Shown here: positions 7,589 to 17,790 of the stretch, piece after piece
Numbering within the stretch: position 1 is the stretch's first letter
Layout of the letters: every line of letters begins with the position of its first letter
Assembly: GCF_029504745.1 (NCBI RefSeq)
Contig: NZ_JAQFIQ010000011.1
Coordinates: 1 to 32,000 of the forward strand
Direction: 5' to 3'
DNA: 32,000 nucleotides
Origin: Breznakia sp. PF5-3
GTDB lineage: Bacteria; Bacillota_I; Bacilli_A; Erysipelotrichales; Erysipelotrichaceae
Position numbers and translations under genes: made by a program
Notes under the pieces: model-generated
The model's input: the letters and a program-made list of their open reading frames with translations, nothing else
Told to the model about the DNA's origin: nothing
Databases searched by the model: none

Positions 7589-8040
7589 TAATCACTAGAT
7601 AGATAAGTTTCTAAAAGCTTGACGATTGCTTCCAACAATATTTGATCATCTTTTTTGAAACGAGCAAAGCTTGTTGAATCAAGGTCAAGAACACCATATA
7701 AGTAATCATCTACAAGAATTGGAATGACGATTTCACTGTTAGATGCACTATCACATGCAATGTGACCTTCAAATTTATGAACATCTTCCACTAGTAAAGT
7801 TTCCTTTTTATAAGCGCTGACTCCACAAACACCTTTGTTCATTGGGATTGAAGTACAAGCTATCTTTCCTTGGAAAGGCCCAAGAATGAGCTTCTCATGG
7901 TCGTAAAGGTAAAAGCCAACCCAACTAACATCTTCTAAGATTTCGTTTAAGAATGCGCTTGTATTTGCTAATACACTAATTTCATTATCAATACCTTCAA
8001 TTAAAGATTGGTATTGTTTTAATATTAAATCTTTCTCCAT
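7585..8040 (-). CDS. GAF domain protein, free methionine-(R)-sulfoxide reductase family (MsrC/YtsP-like)
   Basis: Reads MEKDLILKQYQSLIEG...WVGFYLYDHEKLILGPFQGKIACTSIPMNKGVCG...HIACDSASNSEIVIPI...GVLDLDS, the typical single-GAF fRMsr pattern. I chose the start at the MEKD ATG (8040) rather than the tracked 8076. Confidence 0.8.
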   Translation of the reverse strand: MEKDLILKQYQSLIEGIDNEISVLANTSAFLNEILEDVSWVGFYLYDHEKLILGPFQGKIACTSIPMNKGVCGVSAYKKETLLVEDVHKFEGHIACDSASNSEIVIPILVDDYLYGVLDLDSTSFARFKKDDQILLEAIVKLLETYLSSDY

Positions 8041-8193
8041 ATATATCACCTTCTTTATTATACAAATAATTATCATTGTTCGTAAAGTGAATTTATAAAA
8101 TGGAGGAAGATTACAAATTCTACTAGTAAGTATTTGATAAACTTTAAGAAGTGTAGGAAATATACATTAGTTAGTGAAGAGTGAGGTGAAATT

Positions 8194-8202
8194 TGCTATA
8201 AT
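8194..8202 (+). promoter_or_regulatory. extended -10 promoter element (TGcTATAAT)
   Basis: tgctataat lies about 20 nt upstream of the ATG at 8222. Confidence 0.4.
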
Positions 8203-8221
8203 AAGTTAGTTGAGGTGTAGT

Positions 8222-8761
8222 ATGTTACCAAAGGAAAATGAATATATTTATATACAGAGTTATAAACATGATAAAAGTTTACATCGTACTTGGTCTAAGG
8301 GATTTGTGATTGAATCAAACGAGGATCGAATTGTAGCGATTACAGATCGTTCTTATGTAATTGAAGCAGATGGAAGAAAATGGCTTACTAGGGAACCAGC
8401 AATTTGTTTTTTCTATCCTGATAAGTGGTATAATGTCATTTGCATGATTCGAAAAAAAGGAATTTTTTACTATTGTAATCTGGCTAGCCCAAGTATTTAT
8501 GATGGCGAATCTTTAAAGAATATTGATTATGATTTGGATATTAAAGTAAATAATGAATTTGAATATATCATCTTAGATGAAGATGAATATGAAGAACATA
8601 GTAAAGAAATGAAATATAGTGATGATTTAGATAAAGTAATTCATAAGCAGATGGATGATTTAATTAGTCATATTAAAATGCGTGTTTCGCCATTTGATCA
8701 TGATGAGATTAGAAAGCTTTATAATCGTTATTTAATTATGAAGGAAAGTAGAGGTAAATAA
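8222..8761 (+). CDS. ntdP: DUF402 / UPF0374 nucleoside tri- and diphosphatase (Ntdp/YgaC-like)
   Basis: Reads MLPKENEYIYIQSYKHDKSLHRTWSKGF...FYYCNLASP...IDYDLDIKV, the characteristic pattern of this family. ATG at 8222 with GAGG 6 nt upstream. Confidence 0.75.
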   Translation: MLPKENEYIYIQSYKHDKSLHRTWSKGFVIESNEDRIVAITDRSYVIEADGRKWLTREPAICFFYPDKWYNVICMIRKKGIFYYCNLASPSIYDGESLKNIDYDLDIKVNNEFEYIILDEDEYEEHSKEMKYSDDLDKVIHKQMDDLISHIKMRVSPFDHDEIRKLYNRYLIMKESRGK

Positions 8762-8762
8762 G

Positions 8763-9971
8763 ATGTATCAATTTAAAGTAGGTGTTGATGCGAAAGTTCA
8801 TGATGATTTTGTGGAAAGTCATGAATTGTGTAATTTATTGCAGTCTTCATCATGGGCAAAAGTAAAAGAAAACTGGGACTCTACGATTGTTGGCGTTTTT
8901 GATGATGATACGTTGATAGCTTCAAGCTTAGTACTAATTAAACATTTACCAATGGGGTTTACGATGTTTTATACTCCTCGTGGACCTATTATGGATTATA
9001 CTGATAAGCGAATTGTGAAATACTTTCTACAAGAATTGAAAAAATATGCAAAGAGTAAACGTTGTTTATTTATTAAGATGGATCCAGGAATTCATATCAA
9101 TGATTATCCGATTGGAGAACCTAATGATAATCACTATGATGTATCTACAGTACTAGAAAATATGAAACTTGCTGGAGCTATTCATCAAGGATATCCAAAG
9201 GAGATAGCAAAGGTGATTCAGCCACGTTTTCAAGCCAATGTGTATAAAAGTGATACTTTTGAAAAAGATTTACCACGTCATACAAAACGGTTGATTAAAG
9301 ATGCTTTAAAACGTGATGTGCAAGTGGAAATAGCAGATAAGAATCGTATTGATGAATTTAGTGAGGTTGTTGCATTAACGGAAAAACGTAAAAATGTAAA
9401 TTTACGAAATCATGAATATTTTCAGTTGTTAATGGATACTTATGGAGATGATGCATATTTGTTTTTAGGAAGTGTAAATATTCCTCAAAGTCTTGAGAAG
9501 TTAAAAAAACAATATGCCGAAAATGAACAAGAATTAAAAATGGTAGATGAGAAATCACGTAAGAAAATAAATCGTTTACAAGATATTAAGAATTCTTTGG
9601 AAAAGAGTATCAAAGAATTTGAAGCTTTCGTTGGGATGAATGAGAACACAGTGATTGCTGGAGTGTTATCGATTAAATTTGGAAACACGATGGAAATGTT
9701 ATATGCAGGGATGAATGATGATTTTAAAAAGTTTATGCCACAATATCATATTTATGTTGAAAATATGAAGTATGCATTTGAACATGGTTGTGATTTTTGT
9801 AATATGGGTGGTGTTGAAGGTGATTTGCAAGATGGACTTACGAAGTTCAAAAGCAATTTCAATCCAATGATCAATGAGTTTATTGGTGAATTTGATTTAC
9901 CTGTAAATACATTGTTATACAAAGCGAGTCATCGCTTGTATGAGCAAAGAAAGCAGCGGATGAACGGATAG
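8763..9971 (+). CDS. FemAB-family peptidoglycan interpeptide-bridge aminoacyltransferase
   Basis: 402 aa. The N-terminus FVESHELCNLLQSSSWAKVKENW...FYTPRGP, a central coiled-coil insertion and the C-terminal YAGMNDDFKKFMPQY...NFNP match the FemX/MurM architecture. Confidence 0.8.
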   Translation: MYQFKVGVDAKVHDDFVESHELCNLLQSSSWAKVKENWDSTIVGVFDDDTLIASSLVLIKHLPMGFTMFYTPRGPIMDYTDKRIVKYFLQELKKYAKSKRCLFIKMDPGIHINDYPIGEPNDNHYDVSTVLENMKLAGAIHQGYPKEIAKVIQPRFQANVYKSDTFEKDLPRHTKRLIKDALKRDVQVEIADKNRIDEFSEVVALTEKRKNVNLRNHEYFQLLMDTYGDDAYLFLGSVNIPQSLEKLKKQYAENEQELKMVDEKSRKKINRLQDIKNSLEKSIKEFEAFVGMNENTVIAGVLSIKFGNTMEMLYAGMNDDFKKFMPQYHIYVENMKYAFEHGCDFCNMGGVEGDLQDGLTKFKSNFNPMINEFIGEFDLPVNTLLYKASHRLYEQRKQRMNG

Positions 9972-9979
9972 AGGTTATT

Positions 9980-10420
9980 ATGAAAGAGATAAAAGCACGT
10001 ACAATTGAAGATACGAATAAGTTAGCTGAAAAGATTGCTATGCTTTTAAACGGAAATGGTTGTATTTGTCTATCTGGTGATCTTGGAGCTGGAAAAACTA
10101 CTTTTACGAAGGCACTTGGTAAAGTGTTGGGAATTGAAGAAGTAATTACTAGTCCAACTTTTAATATTTTGAAGATATATGAAGGAAAACATAATTTATA
10201 TCATATAGATGCATATCGTTTAGAAGGGCTTAAACAGGATTTGGGTTTTGAAGAAGTGTTTGAAGAAGATGGTATTTGTGTAATTGAATGGTATGAGTTT
10301 GTCAAAGACATAATTCCTCAACAACGCTTGGAAATAGAAATCGTTTTAGATGGAGAAATACGTGTTTTTAAAATCCATGGTACGTCTTCAAGATATGTAG
10401 AAATAGAAGGTGAAATATAA
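9980..10420 (+). CDS. tsaE: tRNA t6A37 biosynthesis ATPase TsaE
   Basis: P-loop GDLGAGKTTFTK and SPTFNI motif, 146 aa, first gene of the tsaE-tsaB-rimI-tsaD order. Confidence 0.9.
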   Translation: MKEIKARTIEDTNKLAEKIAMLLNGNGCICLSGDLGAGKTTFTKALGKVLGIEEVITSPTFNILKIYEGKHNLYHIDAYRLEGLKQDLGFEEVFEEDGICVIEWYEFVKDIIPQQRLEIEIVLDGEIRVFKIHGTSSRYVEIEGEI

Positions 10421-11004
10421 TGAAAACATTATGTATGGATACATCGCATCGTTATTTGGTTTTGGTATTAATGGAAAATGATGAAATCAAAGCTAGTAAA
10501 AGTATGTATGCATGGAAAAAACAAAGTGAAACAATATTCGTGGAGTTGATTAACTTAATGGAAGCCGTATCATGGCAACCAGATGATATAGATGAAGTTG
10601 TTATTACGGTTGGTCCAGGTAGTTATACAGGGATTCGTATTGCGATGAGTATTGCGAAAGTATTTTGTTCAAGTAAGAAGAAAACTTTATATACAATATC
10701 AACCCTACAATTATATGCTGGATTAGATACATGTAGTGTAATGTTAGATGCACGAAGCAATCGTGTATATTATGGTAAGTATCAACAGGGAAAATGTTTA
10801 GCAGAAGGAATCAAAACATTGGATGAAATTAAAGCTTTATCAGAAAATATGATTGGTGATGTAAGTTTGATAGGAAAAGAAGATAAGAATCCAGATTTTG
10901 TATTAAACTTTAAAGAATTAAGACCATATTATAAGAAAGTAGATAATATTCATGGATTGGTACCAAGGTATTTAAAAGAAGAAAGTGCATATTTGGTGAA
11001 ATAA
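10420..11004 (+). CDS. tsaB: tRNA t6A37 biosynthesis protein TsaB (YeaZ)
   Basis: GPGSYTGIRIA motif, 194 aa. Its ATG overlaps the tsaE stop (TAATG). Confidence 0.85.
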   Translation: MKTLCMDTSHRYLVLVLMENDEIKASKSMYAWKKQSETIFVELINLMEAVSWQPDDIDEVVITVGPGSYTGIRIAMSIAKVFCSSKKKTLYTISTLQLYAGLDTCSVMLDARSNRVYYGKYQQGKCLAEGIKTLDEIKALSENMIGDVSLIGKEDKNPDFVLNFKELRPYYKKVDNIHGLVPRYLKEESAYLVK

Positions 11005-11005
11005 A

Positions 11006-11455
11006 ATGATACGTAAAGCAACGATGGAAGATTTGGATATAATCTTAGAAATAGAGAAGGAAAACTTTCCTTTCCCATATACAAGAAAACAATATGAATA
11101 TGAGATTGAAGCAAATCCTTGTGCTTATCTATATGTATTAGAAGAATGTGATGAAGTGATTGGTTATATTGATTATTGGATTACCTTTGATAGTTGTCAA
11201 CTTTGTAAGATTGCAGTAACAAAAGAATGCCAACGCAGTGGGTATGGGAAAGAAATGCTTGAGTTTATGTTTAAAGATGCACTTTCTAAAGCATGTGAAA
11301 CAGCGTTTTTGGAAGTTCGTGTTTCAAATAAAAAAGCGATTTCTTTTTATGAAACCTTTGATTTTTTAGAAGTGAATCGACGTAAGGATTATTATCGTGA
11401 TCCCAAAGAAGATGGGATTATCCTTGGTAAAGTGTTAGTAGGTGATGTAGATTGA
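11006..11455 (+). CDS. rimI: ribosomal-protein-alanine N-acetyltransferase (GNAT)
   Basis: GNAT acetyl-CoA motif QRSGYGKEML, 149 aa, in the conserved position between tsaB and tsaD. Confidence 0.8.
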   Translation: MIRKATMEDLDIILEIEKENFPFPYTRKQYEYEIEANPCAYLYVLEECDEVIGYIDYWITFDSCQLCKIAVTKECQRSGYGKEMLEFMFKDALSKACETAFLEVRVSNKKAISFYETFDFLEVNRRKDYYRDPKEDGIILGKVLVGDVD

Positions 11456-12465
11456 AAGATGTAGTTATATTGGCAATTGAATCTAGTTGTGATGAAAGTG
11501 CTTGTGCAATTGTGAAAAATGGAAAAGAGATATTATCTAATGTTGTGGCAACCCAAATTGAAGTTCATGAAAAGTTTGGTGGTGTACTTCCTGAAGTTGC
11601 TAGTCGTTTGCATGTGGAAAAGATTTCAGCCGTTGTGGAAGAGGCATTAGAAGAAGCAAAGCTTTCGGTTGATGATGTTGATGCGATTGCGTATACACGT
11701 GGACCAGGACTAATTGGAAGCTTACATGTCGGTGTACAAGCAGCGAAGACCTTAGCTTGGGCATATCAAAAACCATTGATACCAATTCATCATATCAAAG
11801 CTCATATCTTCGCAAATCATTTGATTACCGATTTAAAGTTTCCATTACTTTCACTAGTTGTTAGTGGAGGACATAGTGAAATTGTTTTGATGAGTGATGA
11901 AGGTTCTTATGAGATTCTTGGTCAAACCCAAGATGATGCCATTGGTGAAGCTTATGATAAAGTAGCAAGAGTACTTGATTTAGGTTATCCAGGTGGTCCT
12001 AAGATTGATAAGCTGGCAAAGGATGGAGAAGCTGTTTATAAGCTTCCTCAACCGAAAACAGAAGGCATATATGATTTGAGTTTTAGTGGACTTAAGAGTG
12101 GTGTCTTACAATTTATTGATCGAATGAAACGCAAAGGGGAAGTAATTGTTGATGCTAACCTAGCGGCTTCGTTTCAAGAGACGGCCTTAAATGAGATTAT
12201 GGAGAAGCTTTTATTAGCAGTTGACCACTATGATGTAAAGCAAGTTTTGCTTGCAGGAGGAGTTGCTGCAAACAGTGCCTTGCGTAAAAAAATGGAGACG
12301 GCATTTGAAAATCGTCAAGAAGAATTGGTATTGCCACCACTTTGGTGTTGTACGGATAATGCGGCGATGGTAGCAGTTGCTGGTTACTTTGCATTTATAA
12401 ACGGTGAGCGAGGAACATTTGAACAATCAGCAAAGCCTAGTTTACGCGTAAATGAAGAAAATTAA
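11452..12465 (+). CDS. tsaD: tRNA N6-adenosine threonylcarbamoyltransferase TsaD (Kae1/Gcp)
   Basis: Motifs ILAIESSCDESA, GPGLIGSLHVG, HHIKAH metal-binding His pair, VSGGHSE, LAGGVAANS. TTG start overlaps the rimI stop. Confidence 0.9.
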   Translation: MKDVVILAIESSCDESACAIVKNGKEILSNVVATQIEVHEKFGGVLPEVASRLHVEKISAVVEEALEEAKLSVDDVDAIAYTRGPGLIGSLHVGVQAAKTLAWAYQKPLIPIHHIKAHIFANHLITDLKFPLLSLVVSGGHSEIVLMSDEGSYEILGQTQDDAIGEAYDKVARVLDLGYPGGPKIDKLAKDGEAVYKLPQPKTEGIYDLSFSGLKSGVLQFIDRMKRKGEVIVDANLAASFQETALNEIMEKLLLAVDHYDVKQVLLAGGVAANSALRKKMETAFENRQEELVLPPLWCCTDNAAMVAVAGYFAFINGERGTFEQSAKPSLRVNEEN

Positions 12466-12469
12466 TTAT

Positions 12470-12497
12470 TTCACAAGTAGGTAAGTTATGATACAAT
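12470..12497 (+). promoter_or_regulatory. candidate sigma-A promoter of rex-asnS (TTCACA, 16-nt spacer, TGaTACAAT)
   Basis: -35-like ttcaca at 12470-12475 and an extended -10 tgatacaat ending at 12497, about 18 nt before the rex ATG. Confidence 0.4.
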
Positions 12498-12514
12498 ATC
12501 TACAGGTGATATAG

Positions 12515-13147
12515 ATGAACAAAAAGAAAGTACCAAAGGCAACATTACAGCGTTATCCAATTTATTTGAAAGCTCTTAGAAGACTTCAAAAGTATGATCA
12601 TAAACGGGTGATGTCGAAAGAGTTAAGTGAGTTAGTAAATATTGAATCAACGACGATTCGTCGTGATTTTTCACTATTAGGAAATCTTGGTAAACAAGGT
12701 TATGGATATGACATTGATTCATTGATTGAAATCTTTAATCAGCAGTTGGGTGTTGATTTTGATGAGAAGATTATTTTGGTAGGTGCTGGTAATTTAGGTA
12801 GAGCTTTACTAAAATATAATAAATGGGATCATGTGGTTGGAGAAATTGCTTGTGCGTTTGATATCAATCCAGATCGCCAAGGGGTGCGCTTTAATATCCC
12901 TGTATATTCCATGGATGAATTGGAAGAGAAGATTCCAAAAGGGTGTCGCATTGCCATTTTGGCAATTAGTGATAATGTACAAACAACTGTGGATCGTTTG
13001 ATTGCTTGTGGCATTCGTGGGATTGTTGATTTTACACATAAACATGTACAAGTTCCAAGTAATGTATCGCTAAAGATTGTGGATGTTGTATCCAGTGTAC
13101 AGGAATTGGTATTTGAAACGAATAGTTTAGATAATAAAGGAGAATAA
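12515..13147 (+). CDS. rex: redox-sensing transcriptional repressor Rex
   Basis: N-terminal winged helix [20 protein letters not shown] plus Rossmann motif [10 protein letters not shown]; 210 aa. Confidence 0.9.
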   Translation: MNKKKVPKATLQRYPIYLKALRRLQKYDHKRVMSKELSELVNIESTTIRRDFSLLGNLGKQGYGYDIDSLIEIFNQQLGVDFDEKIILVGAGNLGRALLKYNKWDHVVGEIACAFDINPDRQGVRFNIPVYSMDELEEKIPKGCRIAILAISDNVQTTVDRLIACGIRGIVDFTHKHVQVPSNVSLKIVDVVSSVQELVFETNSLDNKGE

Positions 13148-13149
13148 GT

Positions 13150-14532
13150 ATGTTTGAATATATGACAGTAAGAGAACTGTATGAAATGATGTTAAACGGT
13201 TCTACAATGGAAATCGATAGTTTAGAATATGTTCAATTGGAAGGATGGATCCGTACCAACCGTTGCAATGGTAAGTTAGGGTTTATTGAATTAAATGATG
13301 GATCTTATTTTCGTAATTGTCAATTAGTGTATAAAGATACATTGAAGAATTTTGCTGAAATTGAAAAATATGCAACGGGTAGTGCTATTTCGATAATTGG
13401 AAAATTAAAAGCAACACCAGAGGGAAAACAACCATTTGAAGTTGAAGTAACGGAAAGTGAATTGGTAGGGGCTTGTGACTCTTCTTACCCACTTCAAAAG
13501 AAACGTCATTCTTTTGAATACATGAGAGAGATTGCACATTTACGTCCAAGAGCAAACACATTCTATGCGATTTTCCGTTTGCGTTCTGTATTATCAATGG
13601 CAATTCATGAGTTTTTCCAAAACCAAGGGTTTGTATATGTGCATACTCCAATTATTACAGGAAATGATGCTGAGGGTGCAGGTGAATCTTTTACCGTTAC
13701 AACACGTCAAGATGGAGCGTATGAGAAAGATTTCTTTGGTAAACATGCAGCGCTTACTGTATCTGGCCAATTGCATGCAGAAGCCTTTGCTTTAGCGTTT
13801 AGAGATGTGTATACATTTGGACCAACGTTCCGTGCAGAAAACTCAAATACCTCACGCCATGCGAGTGAGTTTTGGATGATTGAACCAGAGATTGCTTTTG
13901 CAGATTTGGATGATGATATGGATTTAATCGAAGATATGGTGAAATTCTGTATAGACTATGTTCTTGAGAATGCACCAGAAGAGATGAAATTCTTTAACTC
14001 GATGATTGATAAAGAAGCGATTGAGCGAATCACAAAAGTAAGAGACTCTGAGTTTAAACGTATGACATATACTGAAGCTGTTGAACATTTACAAAAAGCA
14101 GATGTGAAGTTTGAATATCCAGTTGAATGGGGAACAGACTTACAAAGTGAACATGAACGCTATATTTGTGAAAAGATTGTGGATGGGCCAGTATTCTTAA
14201 CGGATTATCCAAAAGATATCAAAGCTTTCTATATGCGTATGAATGATGATGGAAAAACGGTTGCAGCATGTGACTTGTTAGTTCCAGGTGTTGGTGAACT
14301 TGTTGGTGGATCACAACGTGAAGAACGTTATGATGTACTACTTAAGCGAATGAATGAAATGGGAATTGAAGAAGAATCATTGGATTGGTACATGGATCTT
14401 CGTAAATATGGTGGATGTAAACATGCAGGATTTGGTCTAGGTTTTGATCGTTTCTTGATGTATATTACCGGAATGCAAAACATTCGTGATGTACAACCAT
14501 TTGCTAGAACACCAAAGAACTTAAACTTCTAG
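13150..14532 (+). CDS. asnS: asparagine--tRNA ligase
   Basis: Class IIb OB-fold N-terminus ([22 protein letters not shown]) and the AsnRS-type motifs [37 protein letters not shown]. Confidence 0.9.
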   Translation: MFEYMTVRELYEMMLNGSTMEIDSLEYVQLEGWIRTNRCNGKLGFIELNDGSYFRNCQLVYKDTLKNFAEIEKYATGSAISIIGKLKATPEGKQPFEVEVTESELVGACDSSYPLQKKRHSFEYMREIAHLRPRANTFYAIFRLRSVLSMAIHEFFQNQGFVYVHTPIITGNDAEGAGESFTVTTRQDGAYEKDFFGKHAALTVSGQLHAEAFALAFRDVYTFGPTFRAENSNTSRHASEFWMIEPEIAFADLDDDMDLIEDMVKFCIDYVLENAPEEMKFFNSMIDKEAIERITKVRDSEFKRMTYTEAVEHLQKADVKFEYPVEWGTDLQSEHERYICEKIVDGPVFLTDYPKDIKAFYMRMNDDGKTVAACDLLVPGVGELVGGSQREERYDVLLKRMNEMGIEEESLDWYMDLRKYGGCKHAGFGLGFDRFLMYITGMQNIRDVQPFARTPKNLNF

Positions 14533-14540
14533 AATAATAG

Positions 14541-14585
14541 AAAAAACAAGGTTGAAAACAGGTTGGTTTTCAACCTTGTTTTTTA
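14541..14585 (+). terminator. intrinsic terminator after asnS
   Basis: AACAAGGTTGAAAAC-aggttg-GTTTTCAACCTTGTT followed by TTTTT. Confidence 0.85.
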
Positions 14586-14670
14586 TCATTTAAGAAAGGT
14601 ATAGCAAGCAATGAAACTTTTCTTCAAGATAAAAAGTATATATAATAGATACAGATAAGGGGAACAGAAG

Positions 14671-16098
14671 ATGAAACGCAATTGGATAATAATCATGATT
14701 TTTTGTATCTTCCTAGGTGTTGGCGGATGCGATAAAGGAAGAGAAGAGCATTTTACCAAACAAGAAGCGCAGACATATATAGAAGAAAAATATGGAGAAG
14801 CTTTTACTTTTGTAGAGGAAAAGAATAACCAAGATGAAGATAAGAGAACCTTTATTTTTCAAGCAAAGGAACAAGATAACCTTGAATTTGAAGTTTATAG
14901 TAATCGTGCTAGTGGAGGCTTGTTTGGCTGTGCTGGAAAAGGTTGTGAATATAAGTTGAGTGATACTTATATTGAAAAAAGTGAACAGACAAGATTGGCA
15001 GAGTATCAAAGTGAAGTAAATGATGATACGATGCAATTCGATGTGGAAAATTATTCCATAACGATTGTATATAAAACATATGCTGATATTAAGCCTAGTA
15101 TTACAAAAGCAAAAAAAGTTTATAAAAAACTGAATAAAGGTTTACCCAAAGGAGCGAATATCTTAGTGGATATTAAATATTCTCAAAATTCTTTTGGAGG
15201 AATATTTCCAGATACGTATGTGAGTAATAAGAAATTTAATGTGGATAAGGAATCAAACAAAATGCAAGAAGCTTATGTACGAACATTGTATACATATCGA
15301 TTAGCTGATACGAGTGTTCCACAAGAATTTTTAGAGAAGATAAAGGGTAAGAATTATGTTGTTCATTTACAATATGGAGATACTTATAAATTGTATTCTT
15401 TAAAAGCTTCTTCTGAGATTACATATGGGGTATTGTTTGAAATCTTTAGTGATTTAGGATATCCAATAGAAGGAAATGCAAGTGACTATAAAGTTACTTA
15501 CAATAGTGATGTATATCATTTTAGTTATGAATTTTATGATTCTGAAAATAAAAATACTTACTATTTAAAAAATGGTGAGCAAGTACAATCTAGTTATTTT
15601 GGTGTAAACAATGTTGCAGGAGTCACAATTTCATTGCTTGATAAAAATGTTTGTGTATATGATGAAACAAAGGGAGAGAAAATTTCTATTTGTTTTGATA
15701 AAGCAAAAGAAGTTTATGTGAATAATAGAAAGAGTAATCTTGATACAGCAGGGAATTTAATTAGTGAATTGGATTATGTAATTGAATATTCAAATAATTG
15801 CGCTAGTACTTGTAATAAAGAAGAACGTGAACGATATAATAAGTATCTAAAATTGGAGGAAGAATTTGGATCTTCTTTAATTTCTTATAATGTTTATGAA
15901 ATTGATGAAGATGTTTATATTATTGATGATTCTTTCAAAGATAAAAAAGGTTTTTATTTCTATAAGAATTTAGAAAAGATATATTTGCCTGAGAAATCAA
16001 ATTATGAATCAAAAGAGAATCTAGAAGTTTTATTTGCTTGTGATATTGTTTATGATGAGAAAAGTAATACGTTTAGAATACATAAAAAAAGCAAGTAA
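14671..16098 (+). CDS. hypothetical lipoprotein
   Basis: Signal peptide MKRNWIIIMIFCIFLGVGGC with lipobox-like LGVGGC; 475 aa; no domain recognised. Confidence 0.75.
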   Translation: MKRNWIIIMIFCIFLGVGGCDKGREEHFTKQEAQTYIEEKYGEAFTFVEEKNNQDEDKRTFIFQAKEQDNLEFEVYSNRASGGLFGCAGKGCEYKLSDTYIEKSEQTRLAEYQSEVNDDTMQFDVENYSITIVYKTYADIKPSITKAKKVYKKLNKGLPKGANILVDIKYSQNSFGGIFPDTYVSNKKFNVDKESNKMQEAYVRTLYTYRLADTSVPQEFLEKIKGKNYVVHLQYGDTYKLYSLKASSEITYGVLFEIFSDLGYPIEGNASDYKVTYNSDVYHFSYEFYDSENKNTYYLKNGEQVQSSYFGVNNVAGVTISLLDKNVCVYDETKGEKISICFDKAKEVYVNNRKSNLDTAGNLISELDYVIEYSNNCASTCNKEERERYNKYLKLEEEFGSSLISYNVYEIDEDVYIIDDSFKDKKGFYFYKNLEKIYLPEKSNYESKENLEVLFACDIVYDEKSNTFRIHKKSK

Positions 16099-16113
16099 GG
16101 TTACTTGGTTTTT
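16092..16113. terminator. short hairpin terminator between convergent genes
   Basis: CAAGTAAggTTACTTG followed by GTTTTTAT. It overlaps the stop of the lipoprotein gene and has a very small loop, hence weak. Confidence 0.35.
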
Positions 16114-16489
16114 ATAGTTTTACTTCAAAGACACTGCCTACTTTTTCGCATCCTTGTTTTTCGTAATATGGATCTACATCACTTGTTACATAGATGGTTT
16201 CTTTAGGATAAGCATCACAGATAGTTTTCATCAGTTTGCGTCCATAGTCTTTTCCACGATGTTTCTTACTAACAAGTAAGTCAAAGATATAAATCCCATA
16301 TCCATCATCTTCTTTACAGCGGATATATCCACTTATCACATCATCAATGAGTAAGACATAGGCAATGGAATGTTCCATTGCTTTTGCATATTTATCAGGA
16401 TGTTCATAATAGTCAGCCCATTCTTCACTTTCTTCACGCATTAAGTGGAAAAGTGCTGCTTGGTCTTGTTGCTTATATTTTCGTATCAT
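16112..16489 (-). CDS. GNAT family N-acetyltransferase
   Basis: 125 aa with the acetyl-CoA-binding pattern LLVSKKHRGKDYGRKLM. Confidence 0.75.
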   Translation of the reverse strand: MIRKYKQQDQAALFHLMREESEEWADYYEHPDKYAKAMEHSIAYVLLIDDVISGYIRCKEDDGYGIYIFDLLVSKKHRGKDYGRKLMKTICDAYPKETIYVTSDVDPYYEKQGCEKVGSVFEVKL

Positions 16490-16499
16490 ATTAACTCCT

Positions 16500-17726
16500 T
16501 TATGGTTGTTTTATTTTTCGTTTGCTAGAACTAAAGATGAAATTACTATCACGATATTTTGCTACGGTTCTACGAGCGATGTGAATTCCTTCTTCTTCCA
16601 ACATTAAGCGAAGTTGTTCATCGCTTAATGGCTTGGTTTTATCTTCTTGTTCAATCATTTCTTTAATTCGTTTCTTGATATGATTTTGCGAATGCTCTTC
16701 ACTACCACCACTAGATAAAAATGAATTTAATAAGTAATACTTATTTTCAAATTCACAGCTTTTGTTGCTAAGTGCACGACTAACGGTTGAAATACTAACG
16801 CCAACATTGTCGGCAATCATTTTCAAGGTACACTTTTTTAAATCTTTGTGGTAGAGAAAGAACTCTTTTTGAATATCACAGATACTTTGCATGATTTGAG
16901 TAAGGGTGACATTACGGCGTTGTAAATAGTTCATTAGCATATTTACTTGGGCACGTTGTTCTTTCATAATCGTTTTCATTTCTGAGCTATCTTCTTCATT
17001 TACATAAACTTTTAAATCATCATTTAGAAGTTGAATCTTAATCTGTTCATGTTCAACACTAATTTTAAATTCAGGATTTGCATATTGAGCTTCACTGCTG
17101 TAATTCGCAGCAGGTTTTGGATTTAGTGTTTTAATGAAAGAGATGGCATCTAAGATGGTTTCTTCATCTAATTTTGTATGAGCTTTGATTCCATCAAGAT
17201 TACTAGTCGCAATTTCTTCTAAATAATCACATAGTAGAAGTGCAGAGTGGGAAATCTTTTTTGGTGAAAGAATACATTGTAGTTTTAAACATTCTTCTAA
17301 AGTGAAAGCAAAACAACCATAAGGTTCACATTTACGTAAAATGGTTAGATTGCGTTTATATTCTTTATCATCTGTGGGAATCATCATTCGTAAGTCTGTT
17401 TTTGAAGGTTTAAAATATCCATTGCTATCAAGATTGGCAAGGAATATTTCACAAATATTAATATCTGGATTTTCTTTACTAAAACGTAATTGATCCATGA
17501 TTTCATCATAGAGTGAAAGCTGGGTATGATCATAGTTTAAAAAAGCATCACTATCTTCATCACGTGAAGAGTAAAAACCAAGAAACGGAGAATTAGAAAT
17601 TTGGCTTTTGATATAGGTAAAAAGCTCATCATTGTTTAATTCTAAGATCTTAAGTGATGCAGCTTTTGATGTATTAAATGCTTTTGTTTGCTTTAATTGC
17701 TGTTTTAGTTTTAATTGTTGCTTCAT
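16500..17726 (-). CDS. rpoN: RNA polymerase sigma-54 factor
   Basis: Gln/Leu-rich region I (MKQQLKLKQQLKQT), HTH VSISTVSRALSNK and the RpoN box ARRTVAKYR near the C-terminus; 408 aa. Confidence 0.8.
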   Translation of the reverse strand: MKQQLKLKQQLKQTKAFNTSKAASLKILELNNDELFTYIKSQISNSPFLGFYSSRDEDSDAFLNYDHTQLSLYDEIMDQLRFSKENPDINICEIFLANLDSNGYFKPSKTDLRMMIPTDDKEYKRNLTILRKCEPYGCFAFTLEECLKLQCILSPKKISHSALLLCDYLEEIATSNLDGIKAHTKLDEETILDAISFIKTLNPKPAANYSSEAQYANPEFKISVEHEQIKIQLLNDDLKVYVNEEDSSEMKTIMKEQRAQVNMLMNYLQRRNVTLTQIMQSICDIQKEFFLYHKDLKKCTLKMIADNVGVSISTVSRALSNKSCEFENKYYLLNSFLSSGGSEEHSQNHIKKRIKEMIEQEDKTKPLSDEQLRLMLEEEGIHIARRTVAKYRDSNFIFSSSKRKIKQP

Positions 17727-17790
17727 ATACTCTTATTATAGCAGTTTTATTTGGGAAAAAGACAGTAAAGCAGCTTTTTGAAAATAGATA

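Noticed and set aside
12451-12514. Rex autoregulatory operator upstream of rex (TTCACAA half-site)
   Set aside because: Only one half-site is present; the left half (AAATTAA) does not match TTGTGAA. TTCACA is more simply read as a -35 box.
13140-13150. T-box leader for asnS
   Set aside because: asnS starts 2 nt after the rex stop, so there is no room for a leader. It is co-transcribed with rex.
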